Shown here: positions 26,901 through 38,900 of the stretch, one piece after another
How positions within the stretch are numbered: position 1 is the first letter of the stretch
Layout: the number at the start of each line of letters is the position of its first letter
Origin: Rhynchobatus australiae
Lineage: Eukaryota
Assembly (NCBI GenBank): GCA_034780895.1
Contig: JAUZTB010000064.1
Span: 38,853,424-38,917,423, forward strand
Direction of reading: 5' to 3'
Length of the DNA stretch: 64,000 bases
Made by a program: the position numbers and the translations under genes
The notes under the pieces: model-generated
Databases searched by the model: none
Seen by the model: only the letters and a program-made list of their open reading frames with translations
What the model was told of the DNA's origin: nothing

Positions 26901-29900
26901 TACTATAAATTAAGAATAAATTGTAAGTTGTAAGACCATGATCATTAAATTGAGAACAAATAACTTTACCTGGAAAATACAACAATCATTTTATAACAAG
27001 TCCAAATAGCATTTACATTGAAAAATTGAAGTGAAAATACCACAAACACTTAGCAACAGGTCAGGCAACCTCTGCTGAAATAAAGGTTTGTATTTCAAAT
27101 CACTGTCCTTTCATCAGATCCCTAAGGATATTGAGCTGAGACTCTGTGCTGCCTGATCTGCATAGCTTGCAGCATTTTCTATATCATTTATAGGTCATTT
27201 TGTTCCTCATATTACCTGAGTACAGACATTAACCAATGCTCTGTAAGCTGTGGAGCTGTTTGCAACTAGACAGCCAATAGCTGAACTCATATACGTCAAG
27301 CAGGAGCTTGTACTCCACGTTGTTCCTTTTGAAGGTCTAAACTGAGTACATGAATATAAATGTTCTGTTCCACTATTTGCCAACTGAGCCCTGCCTCCAG
27401 CTGCAAGACACATCAATCGAACCAAGATACGGATGTCAGTTAATCCAAGAGCTTCCAGTCCACTTGTCTGACTGCATACAGAACCACTGTAAAGGCATAT
27501 TTTGAAAGAGAAACATTTTACCAAAGTTTTATTACTACTGTATACTTCAATATGTTCTAAGGGACTTTATATTCATGTAAATAACAAAGCAAAAAAATCA
27601 TGCCAGGACTGAACTACTTACACTGCCCTGAAAGTTTTAGATTTGGCTTTGCTTTAATATGCTTTTAAATTATTTTGTTTCCTTTTCTCTGAACCCATGC
27701 AGCTTTAATAGACGTCATTGTTATATAAATAACAGGTCACTTTAATTATAGGTATTCCAAGAACGGTTATATGAAGTAATGATGGGTGGATTCTGAAATA
27801 TGTCACAAACTTCTTAGTAAGAGGTCTATCTATCTTTCCTTAAGGAATTAATGCTATTGTCATCTATTCACTCCCACATTAGCATCCTGGAGCAAAGTAG
27901 AGGTCAATAATGGGCAGAAGATTTAACTGTACCAATTAAATCAATGCCCAAACTGCTATAGCTGGTCAGAGGCTTGATATCTCATGCTATATAGTTCATC
28001 TCCTGACTCCCCAACACCTCCCTTCCATTCACAAATGACGTGTCAGTTGTGTGATGGAATTCTCTCCACTTACCTCAATGGCCAGCTACACAGAGTGTCA
28101 ATTACTTTTTACTGAGTCTTTTTTTTAAATGCGGAGAGATTTAAAGGTAGTCATAGGGACCTGGGAAGCCTTGTTTATGAATCACTGAGAATTAATAGGC
28201 AGGTTCAGTAGGCAATTAAGGCGGCAAATAGTAAAATGGCTTTTATTGAAAGAGGAATGGAAGATAAGCGTGGAGATGCCTTGCTCAAGTTAAAGAATCC
28301 CTGTGAGACCTTGTACTGGATCAGGTATCCCTACCTAAGGAAGGACCCACTCTGCATTTGAGGGTGTGTCGGCACAGACCAATTCCAGGGATAGAGGGTT
28401 TGTTATGAAAGGAAATTAATCAGACTGGGCCCATACTCTCTAAATTTTTGAAGCATAAGAGTGATATCATTGGAATGTATAAAATGTTCTTATGTTCTTC
28501 ATAATGTAGCAATTAATACTGATTCAATGGTATTGACATTTACAAAGTAAATCAAATAAAATTTCATCAGTATTGATTAAACACTAAGAAACTGTATAGT
28601 TTCTGACATACCTCACAGAGATAAGTGATAAAGCTTTCATAACCATGGTGTGTGCTAAAAGAATTTGCATCGCCATTGTGATACGTTGGAGAGCAAGAAC
28701 TCTCTCTTTGGTGTCTTGGAGAGATGCAGCTTGCTCACCCAAAGTCAGTCTAGAATATGTTTTCTCATCAGACTTGTTCACACCTAACAAGGGAAACATG
28801 TTAACATGCTTTCAAATCGTATGACAACACTAGAGCACACATTGAAATCAGATTCAATTTCTTCCATCACAGAGTAAAACTTTTATTCATTACTGGACTA
28901 CTTTCATGCAGTCCTTATGGTCTGTTCAGAGAAATCTGTCAGAGGCTTTGGAATATAATCCTTATCTCCTGGTCACATGAGTTAGTGGAAGTTGGCAGTG
29001 AAGGAAGCAGTGGGAGGCATACATTCTTTGCCTCTTTGGTCAACTTTAGAAGGTAAATTATCAATTAAATTGAAGTGTGGTGAATATGTACAGAAAGCTA
29101 ACTGTTTTTTATATAATGAAACAGGTGCTTTTCAAAATCTGGTGTGATCCAGGTATGCTCTGTGTTTCATTAAGGGAGTTTGCAAGAGTTCCTAACTGCC
29201 TGGTGCCTGTAGCAACTTAAAACTGTTGCAAATAGTGACAACTCAGTGCCTTTGTATCGCCACAGCCTTTATTTATTGCCTCTGGGCCTCAAATAAATTG
29301 ATAAGTAGGTTATATTTTACTAAACTATGATGTAATTTCATTAACAGTAACACAAGGGCAGCGGCAAAGACATCTTAGATATATCAAAATGGCTTCAGTT
29401 ACCTTTCTTTAAAAGTATCTCTTCTGTATTATCAGTGGTAATTGATGCTCCAAGAGGATCCTGTTCTGGAAATTGGACCGGATCTGGAATCAACTTGCTA
29501 TCATTCAAACCAAGTGGCCCAGCTAACGAAGCAAAATCTTCCAGTCCTGTAAGCTGCTCATTTCCTTCAGCACCTAATATATCCCAGTCCTCTGCACAAC
29601 AAAAATGAATATCCAAGTTTTGTATATCAACATGTTGTTTCAACAAAACAGTGTAATAGCTAGAATATGTAATGGAAGTCCAATTGCAAATTTGTTTCCC
29701 AACAGTTAAGCAGGTAAGTGGCAAATTGGCTCAGAATGTGTGCTCAGCACCCACCAATGACTGGCAATAAACATTCCCACCAATTTAGCTTGATAGTTTC
29801 CTTGGCAGGAACCTGTAGTGAGAAGTTTATGCAATCCTCAGCTACAAGACCCTGCTTTGTGTATGACATAAATCCCACTAGGAGAGGGTGGCAGATCAAG

Positions 29901-32900
29901 CCCCATTCACTAAACCACTCAAGTAAACTTTGCTAGCCAGCTAAGTGATGCCCTATGGCTTAGCTGGTTGCCAAAATGGCTAAATCAATGAATATTCCTG
30001 CCATCCAGAAACATCAATATTATTCAAATAATTGAATTTAAAATTAAAAGCACTTAAAATATTCAAATCATTATTAAAGGAACCCAGAGGCATAGTAGCT
30101 ATATTTACTTTGGTTCCTTGCAGCCATTTTTCTCCACTCAAATTAGGGGAAATAAAATTATTTAATCTGCCACAGAATGTTGAGCAAATTTCTAATGCGA
30201 GTAATAGCAAATTTCCACAACTTCATGCTTTTACTCTTAACTCCACAAGGAATCCAATGGTGACATGTATTCAAGTAAATGCTGTCAGCAAGTTCAGGAC
30301 TTCCACTTCATTCATGTGTGCTGAATCTGNNNNNNNNNNNNNNNNNNNNNNNNNNNNNNNNNNNNNNNNNNNNNNNNNNNNNNNNNNNNNNNNNNNNTGC
30401 ACTTAGAACATAAAAAGCTGCAAATAACTTACATTTACAAAAACATTAATAATACAAACCAAATGAGACTTTTTGTTCAGCTATCAAGTAAATTTACATT
30501 TATATGATCATGGAATGATCCAGGAAGGTTTTCACAACACTTGTAATGAAATTTTCATTTCTGCACAAAATTCTTTTTTATACACATTAATGAAACATTA
30601 CCCCTTAGATCTATAAACTAATTTATATTTAAACAATCAAAAAACTTTACTCAAAGGCATAGAAGTAACAAGGTCAGAAGATCACTTTAATCAGAATTAA
30701 CGTTTTCAATTTAGCTAAATGAATGTTCATCTTCTGTTAAGACTTGGATGTATGTAATACTGATACTTGAAACAAACTAAATTAGATAATATTAGTTACT
30801 GAAATAAATAAAATTTAGTTACATAAGGAGAATTGTAGGCCACACTAACTGAATGGAAAAGTTAGCAAAACATACATTAATTAGCAGAAGAAAATTGCCA
30901 ATAAGGATAAAGTTGCAATAAATATTCCTACCTACTTGTGTATGATGCATAAGTAAATTAGTAAATGGAAATTAAAGGCAAAGCAAAACCTTTGGAGACA
31001 TGTTATAGAGCTGAACATATGAAATACAGTATATTTAATGCCCTAAAAAATGTTCTTTGTATCCTCAAGGTGGAATCTGCATTTACAGGGTCAACAGTAG
31101 ACCTCTTATTGGGAATTGAGGCAGGGCAAGTGACTGAAGTGTCAGTCAACGAGCACTTTGGGACCACAAACCATAATTCTATTAGATTTTAAATAGTTAT
31201 GGAAAAAGATAGGACTGGCCCACAAGCTAAAATTCGGGCAAGGGAAATTTTGAAGGAATTGGACAGGAATGTGCAAAAGTTAATTGGGAGAAGCTGTTTG
31301 CAGGTAAAGAGGCATCTGGCAAGTGGGAGGCTTTTAAACATGAGATAGGGAGAGGTATGGGGCAGCACATTGCTATAAAAGTGAAGGGCAAGGCTGGAAG
31401 GATTACAGAACCCTGGTTGACAAGGGACATTGAAGCTCAGGTCAGGAAAAAGGAGGCATATGTCAGGTATAGGCAGCTGGGATCAAGCAAATCCCTTGAG
31501 TATAAGGACATGGTTTGTCTATGTGTAGAGCCACAGGAGATGGGCAGGTCTTAAATGAATATTTCTCAACTGTATTTATCATGGAGAAGGTCATGGAAGC
31601 TGAGGAATTAAGGGAAATGAATAGTGATGTCTTGGAACATATCCACATGACAAAAGTGTTGGTGCTGGCAGTCTTAAAGTATATTAAAGTGGATAAATAC
31701 TGGGGGCTGACTAAGATTATCCTAGGACATTGTGGGAAGCTAGGGAAGAAATAATAGGGGCACTGGCAGAGATACTTGCATCATCTTTAGCCACAGGTGA
31801 GATACTGGAAAACCAGAGGGTGGCTAATATTGTGTCTTTATTTAAAAAAGGCTGTGAGGACAAGCCAGGGAACTACAAGCTGGTGAGCCTAACATCAGTG
31901 GTGCGAAAGTTACTGGAGGGGATTCTGAGGGACAAGATCTATCAACATTTGGAGAGGCAAGGACTGATTAGGGATAGTTGGCATGGCTTTTTATGTGGGA
32001 AGTTATGTCTCAGAAATTTGATTGAGTTTTTTGAAGAAATTAATGAAGAGGACTGATGAGGACAGGGCAGTGGACATTGTCTACATGGACTTCAGCGATG
32101 CCTTTGACAAAGTCCTGGATGGTAGGCTAGTTCTGAAGATTAGATCGCATGGGATCCAGGGTAAGCTAGCCAACTGGATACAAATTGACTTGGAGAAAGA
32201 AGTCAGAGGGTGGTAGTGGAGGGTTATTTTTCCAGACTGGAGGCCTGTGATCAGTGGTGTGCCGCAGGGATCGATGCTGGGTCCACTATTCCTTGCCACC
32301 TATATTAACGATTTGGATGAGAAGGTAGTTGGCACGGTTAGTAAGTTTGAGGATGACACCAAAATTGGTGGTATAGTGGACAGTGAAAAGGGTTATTTAA
32401 GACAATGGAATCTAAATCAAGTGGGGAAGTGGTCCAAGGAATGGCAGATGGAATTTAATTCGGACAAGTGTGAGGTGTTGTACTTTGGTAAGATAAACCA
32501 GTGAACCACTTGCATAGTAAATGGTGGGACCCTGGGTAGTGTTGTAGAATGGAGAGGCCTAGGGCTAGAGGTACATAGTTGTCTGAAAGTGGATACGCAG
32601 GTAGACAGAGTGGTGAAGGCAGCATTTGGCACACTTGCCTTCATTGGTCAAGGTATTAGGATGTCAAGTTACAATGGAACAAGCTGTTGGTAAGACCGTA
32701 CTTGGGAGTGTTGTATGCAGTTCTGGTCGCCTAACTATAGGAAGGATGTCATTAAGATAGAAAGGATACAGAAGAAGTTCACAAGGATGTTACCTTGATG
32801 GCTTGAAATATAAAGAGAGGCTGCATAGGCTGGGACTTTTTTCTCTGGAGCGTAGGAGGCTAAGGGGTGACCTTTCAGAGGTATACAACATCATGAGGGG

Positions 32901-35900
32901 CATAGATAAGGTGAATGATTACAGTCCTTTTTTCCCCCCAGAGTACGGGAGCCTAAAAGTAGAGGGCATAGGTTAAGGTGAGAGGGGAGAACCTTAAAAG
33001 GGACCTGAGGGGTAACTTTTTCCACACAGAGGGTGGTGGGGATATGTAAGGAGCTGCCAGAGGAAGCTGTAGAGACAATTACAAATATTTAAAAGACATT
33101 GATACAGACACATGAATAGAAAAGGTTTAGAGGGATATGGGCCAAACACAGACAAATGGCACCAGCTAAGGTGGATAACTTATTCGCATAGGCTGAAGCG
33201 CCTGCTTCTGTGCTGTATGACTCTAATGATGTCTAAGAAACTGAAATGATTACTTCTAATTAAACCCAAGATGATTTATGTGAAACAAAGCACTGCTACA
33301 AAAATAACCCAAGGCAAATCAATATCATGAAGTACTTTCTTTGAGTAAATAGTTTCCACAGGGTCAGTAATAATTGGGTGCAGACTTAATTGGCAACAAA
33401 GCCACAAGTGAGATAAAGAGGATTTATTTTATTCTTTTTATTTTTGTTTATAAAATCATTCAACCAATTCTTGTGATCCTATGGCCTCTTTCAGTGTTCT
33501 ACGTACCTTCAGGTGTATTTTCATGCTTGTTGATTAAATCAGGTGCTAATCCTTTTGCTTTGCTGAGGGTGGGGATGGGGATGAGAGAAGGAAAAGAAAT
33601 CATGTTAGGAACTAGATGATGTTCTATTACACACATTTTGAGAATACTCAGCAAGCAATGTATGATTTCGGTAATTATTTCTTTCTGTCACAATTACTTT
33701 TAAAATGAATTAGAAGGGTACTACAAAGTCTCTCAAATGGTGCTTGTCAGCATGGCAGATGTCAGCGATTCCAACAATTAAATATTTTTAACAAAGTCCA
33801 AGACTTTATGACTGTATGGTAGTGCCACATCTGTCACTGAACTGTTGGATTCTGCATGGAGCTCAGTGGCANNNNNNNNNNNNNNNNNNNNNNNNNNNNN
33901 NNNNNNNNNNNNNNNNNNNNNNNNNNNNNNNNNNNNNNNNNNNNNNNNNNNNNNNNNNNNNNNNNNNNNNNNNNNNNNNNNNNNNNNNNNNNNNNNNNNN
34001 NNNNNNNNNNNNNNNNNNNNNNNNNNNNNNNNNNNNNNNNNNNNNNNNNNNNNNNNNNNNNNTAATTTTTTTGTTTTTGTTTAATCCTTCTACTTCCATG
34101 TGCTATGTTTTTAATTTATAAAACATTGACAAATTAAAATGATTAATAATTATTTACTTTAATCTTAATAGTTGTTAAAGGGTGGTGCAGGGACACAGTG
34201 ATTAGCACTGCTGGCTCATTGCTGCAGAGATTCAGGTTCAAACCTGATCTCTGGTATGTTCTGTGTGAAGATTGCACATTCTCTTTGTGACCATACAGGT
34301 CTCTCCCAGGTGCTCCAGATCCCCCCACACCCCAAAGACATGATGGCAGATGAACTGGCTGCAGTAAATTGGTTGGATAATCAAGGGTTTGAGGGGGAGG
34401 CAGTTGATCAGCACTTGGAGGAGAATAGATTGCAGAGAAATAGGAATCTGAGGGCCAGCACAGACTCAATGGGCCGACTGGCTTCCTTCTGTTTAAGTGG
34501 CACAGTGGTGCAGCAAGTAGAGCTGCTGCCTCTTAGCTCCAGCCACCTGGGTTCAATCTTGACCTTTGGTGCTGTACAGGTGGATGTTGCATATTCTCCC
34601 AATGACCACGTGGGTTTCTCCCAGATGTGATTAAACTTTGCAGTATTTTGGATGTATCATGAAGATATGAAAATAAAAGTTCTTTTTATACAGGACGCTT
34701 CCAATGACCTGTTCCTGGCACAAAGTTTCACCTGCTGGATAACAAATTGGGAATTTAGGTGCAGAATTTCCCATCCAATAATGTCACCCGAGAAAAAACT
34801 GGGAAGGGTCCAGGACACACAAATTCGTATTGTAGCCTCTGACTACAAGGTTTTTGATGAAAATGCAATTCATAAAATCTATTCCAGAATAAACAGGGAA
34901 TACTAATTATTAACCATTATTCTATTTTTACTATGTTGCATTCAGCAGAGATCTATTAAAGTGCCTTTGAGAACTGTTCTGACAGTCAGTAATGGAGGCA
35001 TCCGCATTTCATGGAGAAATAGAACTACTGTAGAATTAGATAATTTTGAATTTAAAGAGAATGTAAATACCAGAATAAGATACATGAATACTAACCTTTT
35101 CACCCTCAAAACTTATACAAAGTTCTTCCAGGGAAGCATAGATTACTTCATTGTGTTTAGTGCCTTCAATAGTTGTCCAAACTAAGGGTAATGACAACAA
35201 CTTCCGTAGACTAATTAATTCCAGTCCAAAGTCAAGTAGGAACCAGATTGTAATGTGCAAAAGGGACTGGACAAAAGACTAATGGTCTCTACTTTAATGA
35301 AATTTCACTAATAAAAAAAATGTAATTAAGATAAGCTAGAATAATTAATACTACAAATAGAAAATGCTGGAAACACAACTTTTTTTTGGTCTTCATTTAT
35401 CACGAGAACAATTAAGTTTGATATTCTAGATCCACCCTCAGCCCCCTTGCTTCGTAACAATATATAATTTATAATAAAACAGATAAGAAGTAATGATAGT
35501 TGGAAAGTGGAGGTACAGAAAAGGAAATGCCAATTGAGCTTCTATCCATAGAGACCTTGCACTGATTCATTATTCAAAAAACTATTAGTCTTCTAAAATA
35601 TCCTAATCAAAGCAAAATTCAGGACAGATGAGAAGAAATTTCCTCACCTAGGAAGTAGTGAATCTTTTTGAGAATTCTCTATCCACAAGGACTGTGGAGG
35701 CTGAGTCACTGAGTACATTAAAAACACAGATCAATAGATTTTTTTTAATATTTAGGAAATCAAGGTATATGGGGTTATTTCAGGAGAGAGATGCTAATGT
35801 AAAAGGTCAGTCATGATGGCACTGAATGGAGGAGCAGGTATGAGGAGTTGAATGGCTTACTTTTGCATCTATTTTCTAACATATTTAAGTAATTGTTAGA

Positions 35901-38900
35901 CATTTGCATAACCACAGGAAATTTACTAACAATTCTGGTACAGATGCTTTACAACTCTTTGTGCAGTGGTCTCAGGGAACTTTGAAATAATATTCTGCCC
36001 TTGATATACAGAATCTCAATTACATATTTAACTAACACCTGTTCAAGAAGACTACACTTCCTGTTGCAAAAAAATCTGTATTTTGCCACTTGGAAACCCA
36101 CAGCAATTTCTCTAAATGAACTCAGTATTAGCTTGAACGGATTCAATGACACATGTGTCCTGATAACAATAGTATCAGGCAAAGTTGTTGATTAGTCACC
36201 TAAAGATAGTTTTTAAAATATAAAAGTTATTACCCTTTATTCTAGCATTTTCCAAGTTATAAAGATCCCTCTACAAAAATTAATGGTTAATTCAATTACT
36301 CATTTACATTTTTGGATTTTTATGAATTATGAAAAGATATTGACTTCCAAAAGTTTTAGAATGTTGTCTTTTTTGCACCTTTTAACTGAGCTAAACATTT
36401 AAAACTCAACAAAAATGAGAATCAAGTTAGTTTTTTAAATATCCTCACCGACTTAATTTGGCTTGCTTGTGTCTTGGTTTCTCAGCCAAATATTTTCCAT
36501 GGCAACTGTTGCACATCAGATAGTACGGGCTCCCTGTGCCACACTCTCCTCCAAACCAACCATCAACATAGGCTCCATTACTTCGATATCCCATGTGGCC
36601 TGCACTCTCTCCACAACCAGGGTGATGCCGTTTCATATGATTGTTGAATTGCATTGTATGAGTATCACACAGTTCACAAATCACAACCTCCTCTGCATCT
36701 GAGCTATCCTGGCACTGAATGAATGCACAAAGCAATTTGAAGTTCCTTTAAAAAAATAGCAAGAAAATCTACAAAATGATTTAATGTATTATATTTTAGT
36801 GAAGAAATTTTGATACAATTTTCCTTTTAATTTAGGAAATATTACTAGTAAAATGCCCTAAGCAATTCCAGTCACCTTATACAGAAATAACAGTGTAATT
36901 TAAAACACATAGAATGAACATCCTAAATAACTTAAATGGTGTTTTACTGTTTTTTTATTTTAAAAGACACGAAACAGAGGAGTTTAAGATCATTAATTAT
37001 TTTGCTTTCTGTTATTAGCTCCTGTTGTGAACTAATTCACAGTGCAGTGTCATTGAAAGCCAGCACTGCTAATATGGCATTTACCATGTACCTGCTGGAG
37101 CACATAAACAGGCACCACAACGAAGAGCTGTATGAAGTTTATTTAAGAAGGATCTACTGTGTCATAACTCCTTATCCATGATCCTCAGTCTTCCTTCCCC
37201 ATTGGAATTACAGAATTGCCTGGGATTATTGAATGTAATCTTTTCTTGGCAAATATTCATATTTTCCAGAAAGGACCATTTAATTCAACAGAAAAGAATG
37301 GAGCTGTGGACCTTCTGATTTGCACTGCTAGGTGATCCATTAGCCAATAACACCCATCATATGTTCATGGGAGCTCCTGATAGAATGATATTACTTTAAG
37401 AAACACTATTCTACACTGTTGTAAATTACATTTCCATGAGCCACAGAAAAATGACTTTGGGCTAATAAGAAAGCTCGAGTGGACAGCTTCTTAACCGAGT
37501 GAACAGTTATTTGATNNNNNNNNNNNNNNNNNNNNNNNNNNNNNNNNNNNNNNNNNNNNNNNNNNNNNNNNNNNNNNNNNNNNNNNNNNNNNNNNNNNNN
37601 NNNNNNNNNNNNNNNNNNNNNNNNNNNNNNNNNNNNNNNNNNNNNNNNNNNNNNNNNNNNNNNNNNNNNNNNNNNNNNNNNNNNNNNNNNNNNNNNNNNN
37701 NNNNNNNNNNNNNNNNNNNNNNNNNNNNNNNNNNNNNNNNNNNNNNNNNNNNNNNNNNNNNNNNNNNNNNNNNNNNNNNNNNNNNNNNNNNNNNNNTTTC
37801 CTGTGCTTTCTTGTTGCTCCTCTCCTCCGGTGCTGCAGTCATCTGGTTTCTCTGCTGAGAACATTTCATTTTTTTAATATATAAATCGGATTGAAAGCCA
37901 AGAGAAATAAGAAACACGTCAAGAAAGAAAAGAATTTTTTTGAGATAAAGTCCAAGAGAAAAAAGGGTTAGAATGTGCTTAATACACTATCTAATTCTGT
38001 AATCTGATGGGGAAGGAACACAGAGGATCATGCATAAAGAGCACAATAGATCCTTCTTAAATAAACTTCATACAATCAGAACTTGGAATGACCTGTCCCT
38101 TTCATGTACAAAATAGTATATTTTTCCTTTTTTTTGCATGGATGGTAATAAAGATACTCTTTAAGTGCAACAATGGATACAAATATCCTGACTAGTTATT
38201 TAAAAGGAACAAAGAATTAAACTACACAATAAAAGTATTGCAATTTTACCATGTTTGGCCAATCCATCATCTCAGATAACCAAATGCCCTGTGCTTCATT
38301 TTCAGTACCACATTCAGTAGGAAACATATCCTCAACAGAACCTTCAGATAGTGGATCCTCTGAAAAACAGAGCTCCAACTCTCCATCCAGATTGCGGTCA
38401 GATATTGCATCGGTTTCCTGCCACCCTGCAGTTTCAGGCTCCCTTCGTAGCGATGACTGTACCATTGGAGGAGATCTGGATCCTTTACGGGACACAAGTA
38501 TTTTATGCATTTGCTCATCAAGAATGCAATATAATATGTTTAGTCAATCATTATAGGGTTAATCAATGATGATATATCATCTATGTAATTCTCCAAACAT
38601 CAACCATCAACATCGAAACAAAATATAAATGTATAGACTATTGATACTTTGTCTGAAAGAACAACTTGAGCAGTGATTAATTTACTTCTTGGAATCCTAG
38701 TCAAAGAATTGATGGAATACAAAGCAGTGCCGTTTGGTATCTATGCAGAGAAAAGGCACAACCCTTGGAAAGAATGCTTGCCCACAACTAAACAAGTGTT
38801 ATTTTTTTATCCTCCCTGTACTTCTACTGCTTCTGCCTTTATTTCAGTTTTATAATGACTGAACTTCAGTTTCTTTTCAGTAAGATTCTGCACTTATTAT

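Noticed and set aside
31095-33225. Possible active or domesticated reverse transcriptase
   Set aside because: Multiple frameshifts and stops, and FADD mutated to FEDD; a dead CR1 copy.
37797-37870. Purine-rich coding-like stretch (QRNQMTAAPEERSNKKAQE) running into a gap; possible cassette exon
   Set aside because: Weak pyrimidine tract, no homology, and the flanking exons already join in frame.
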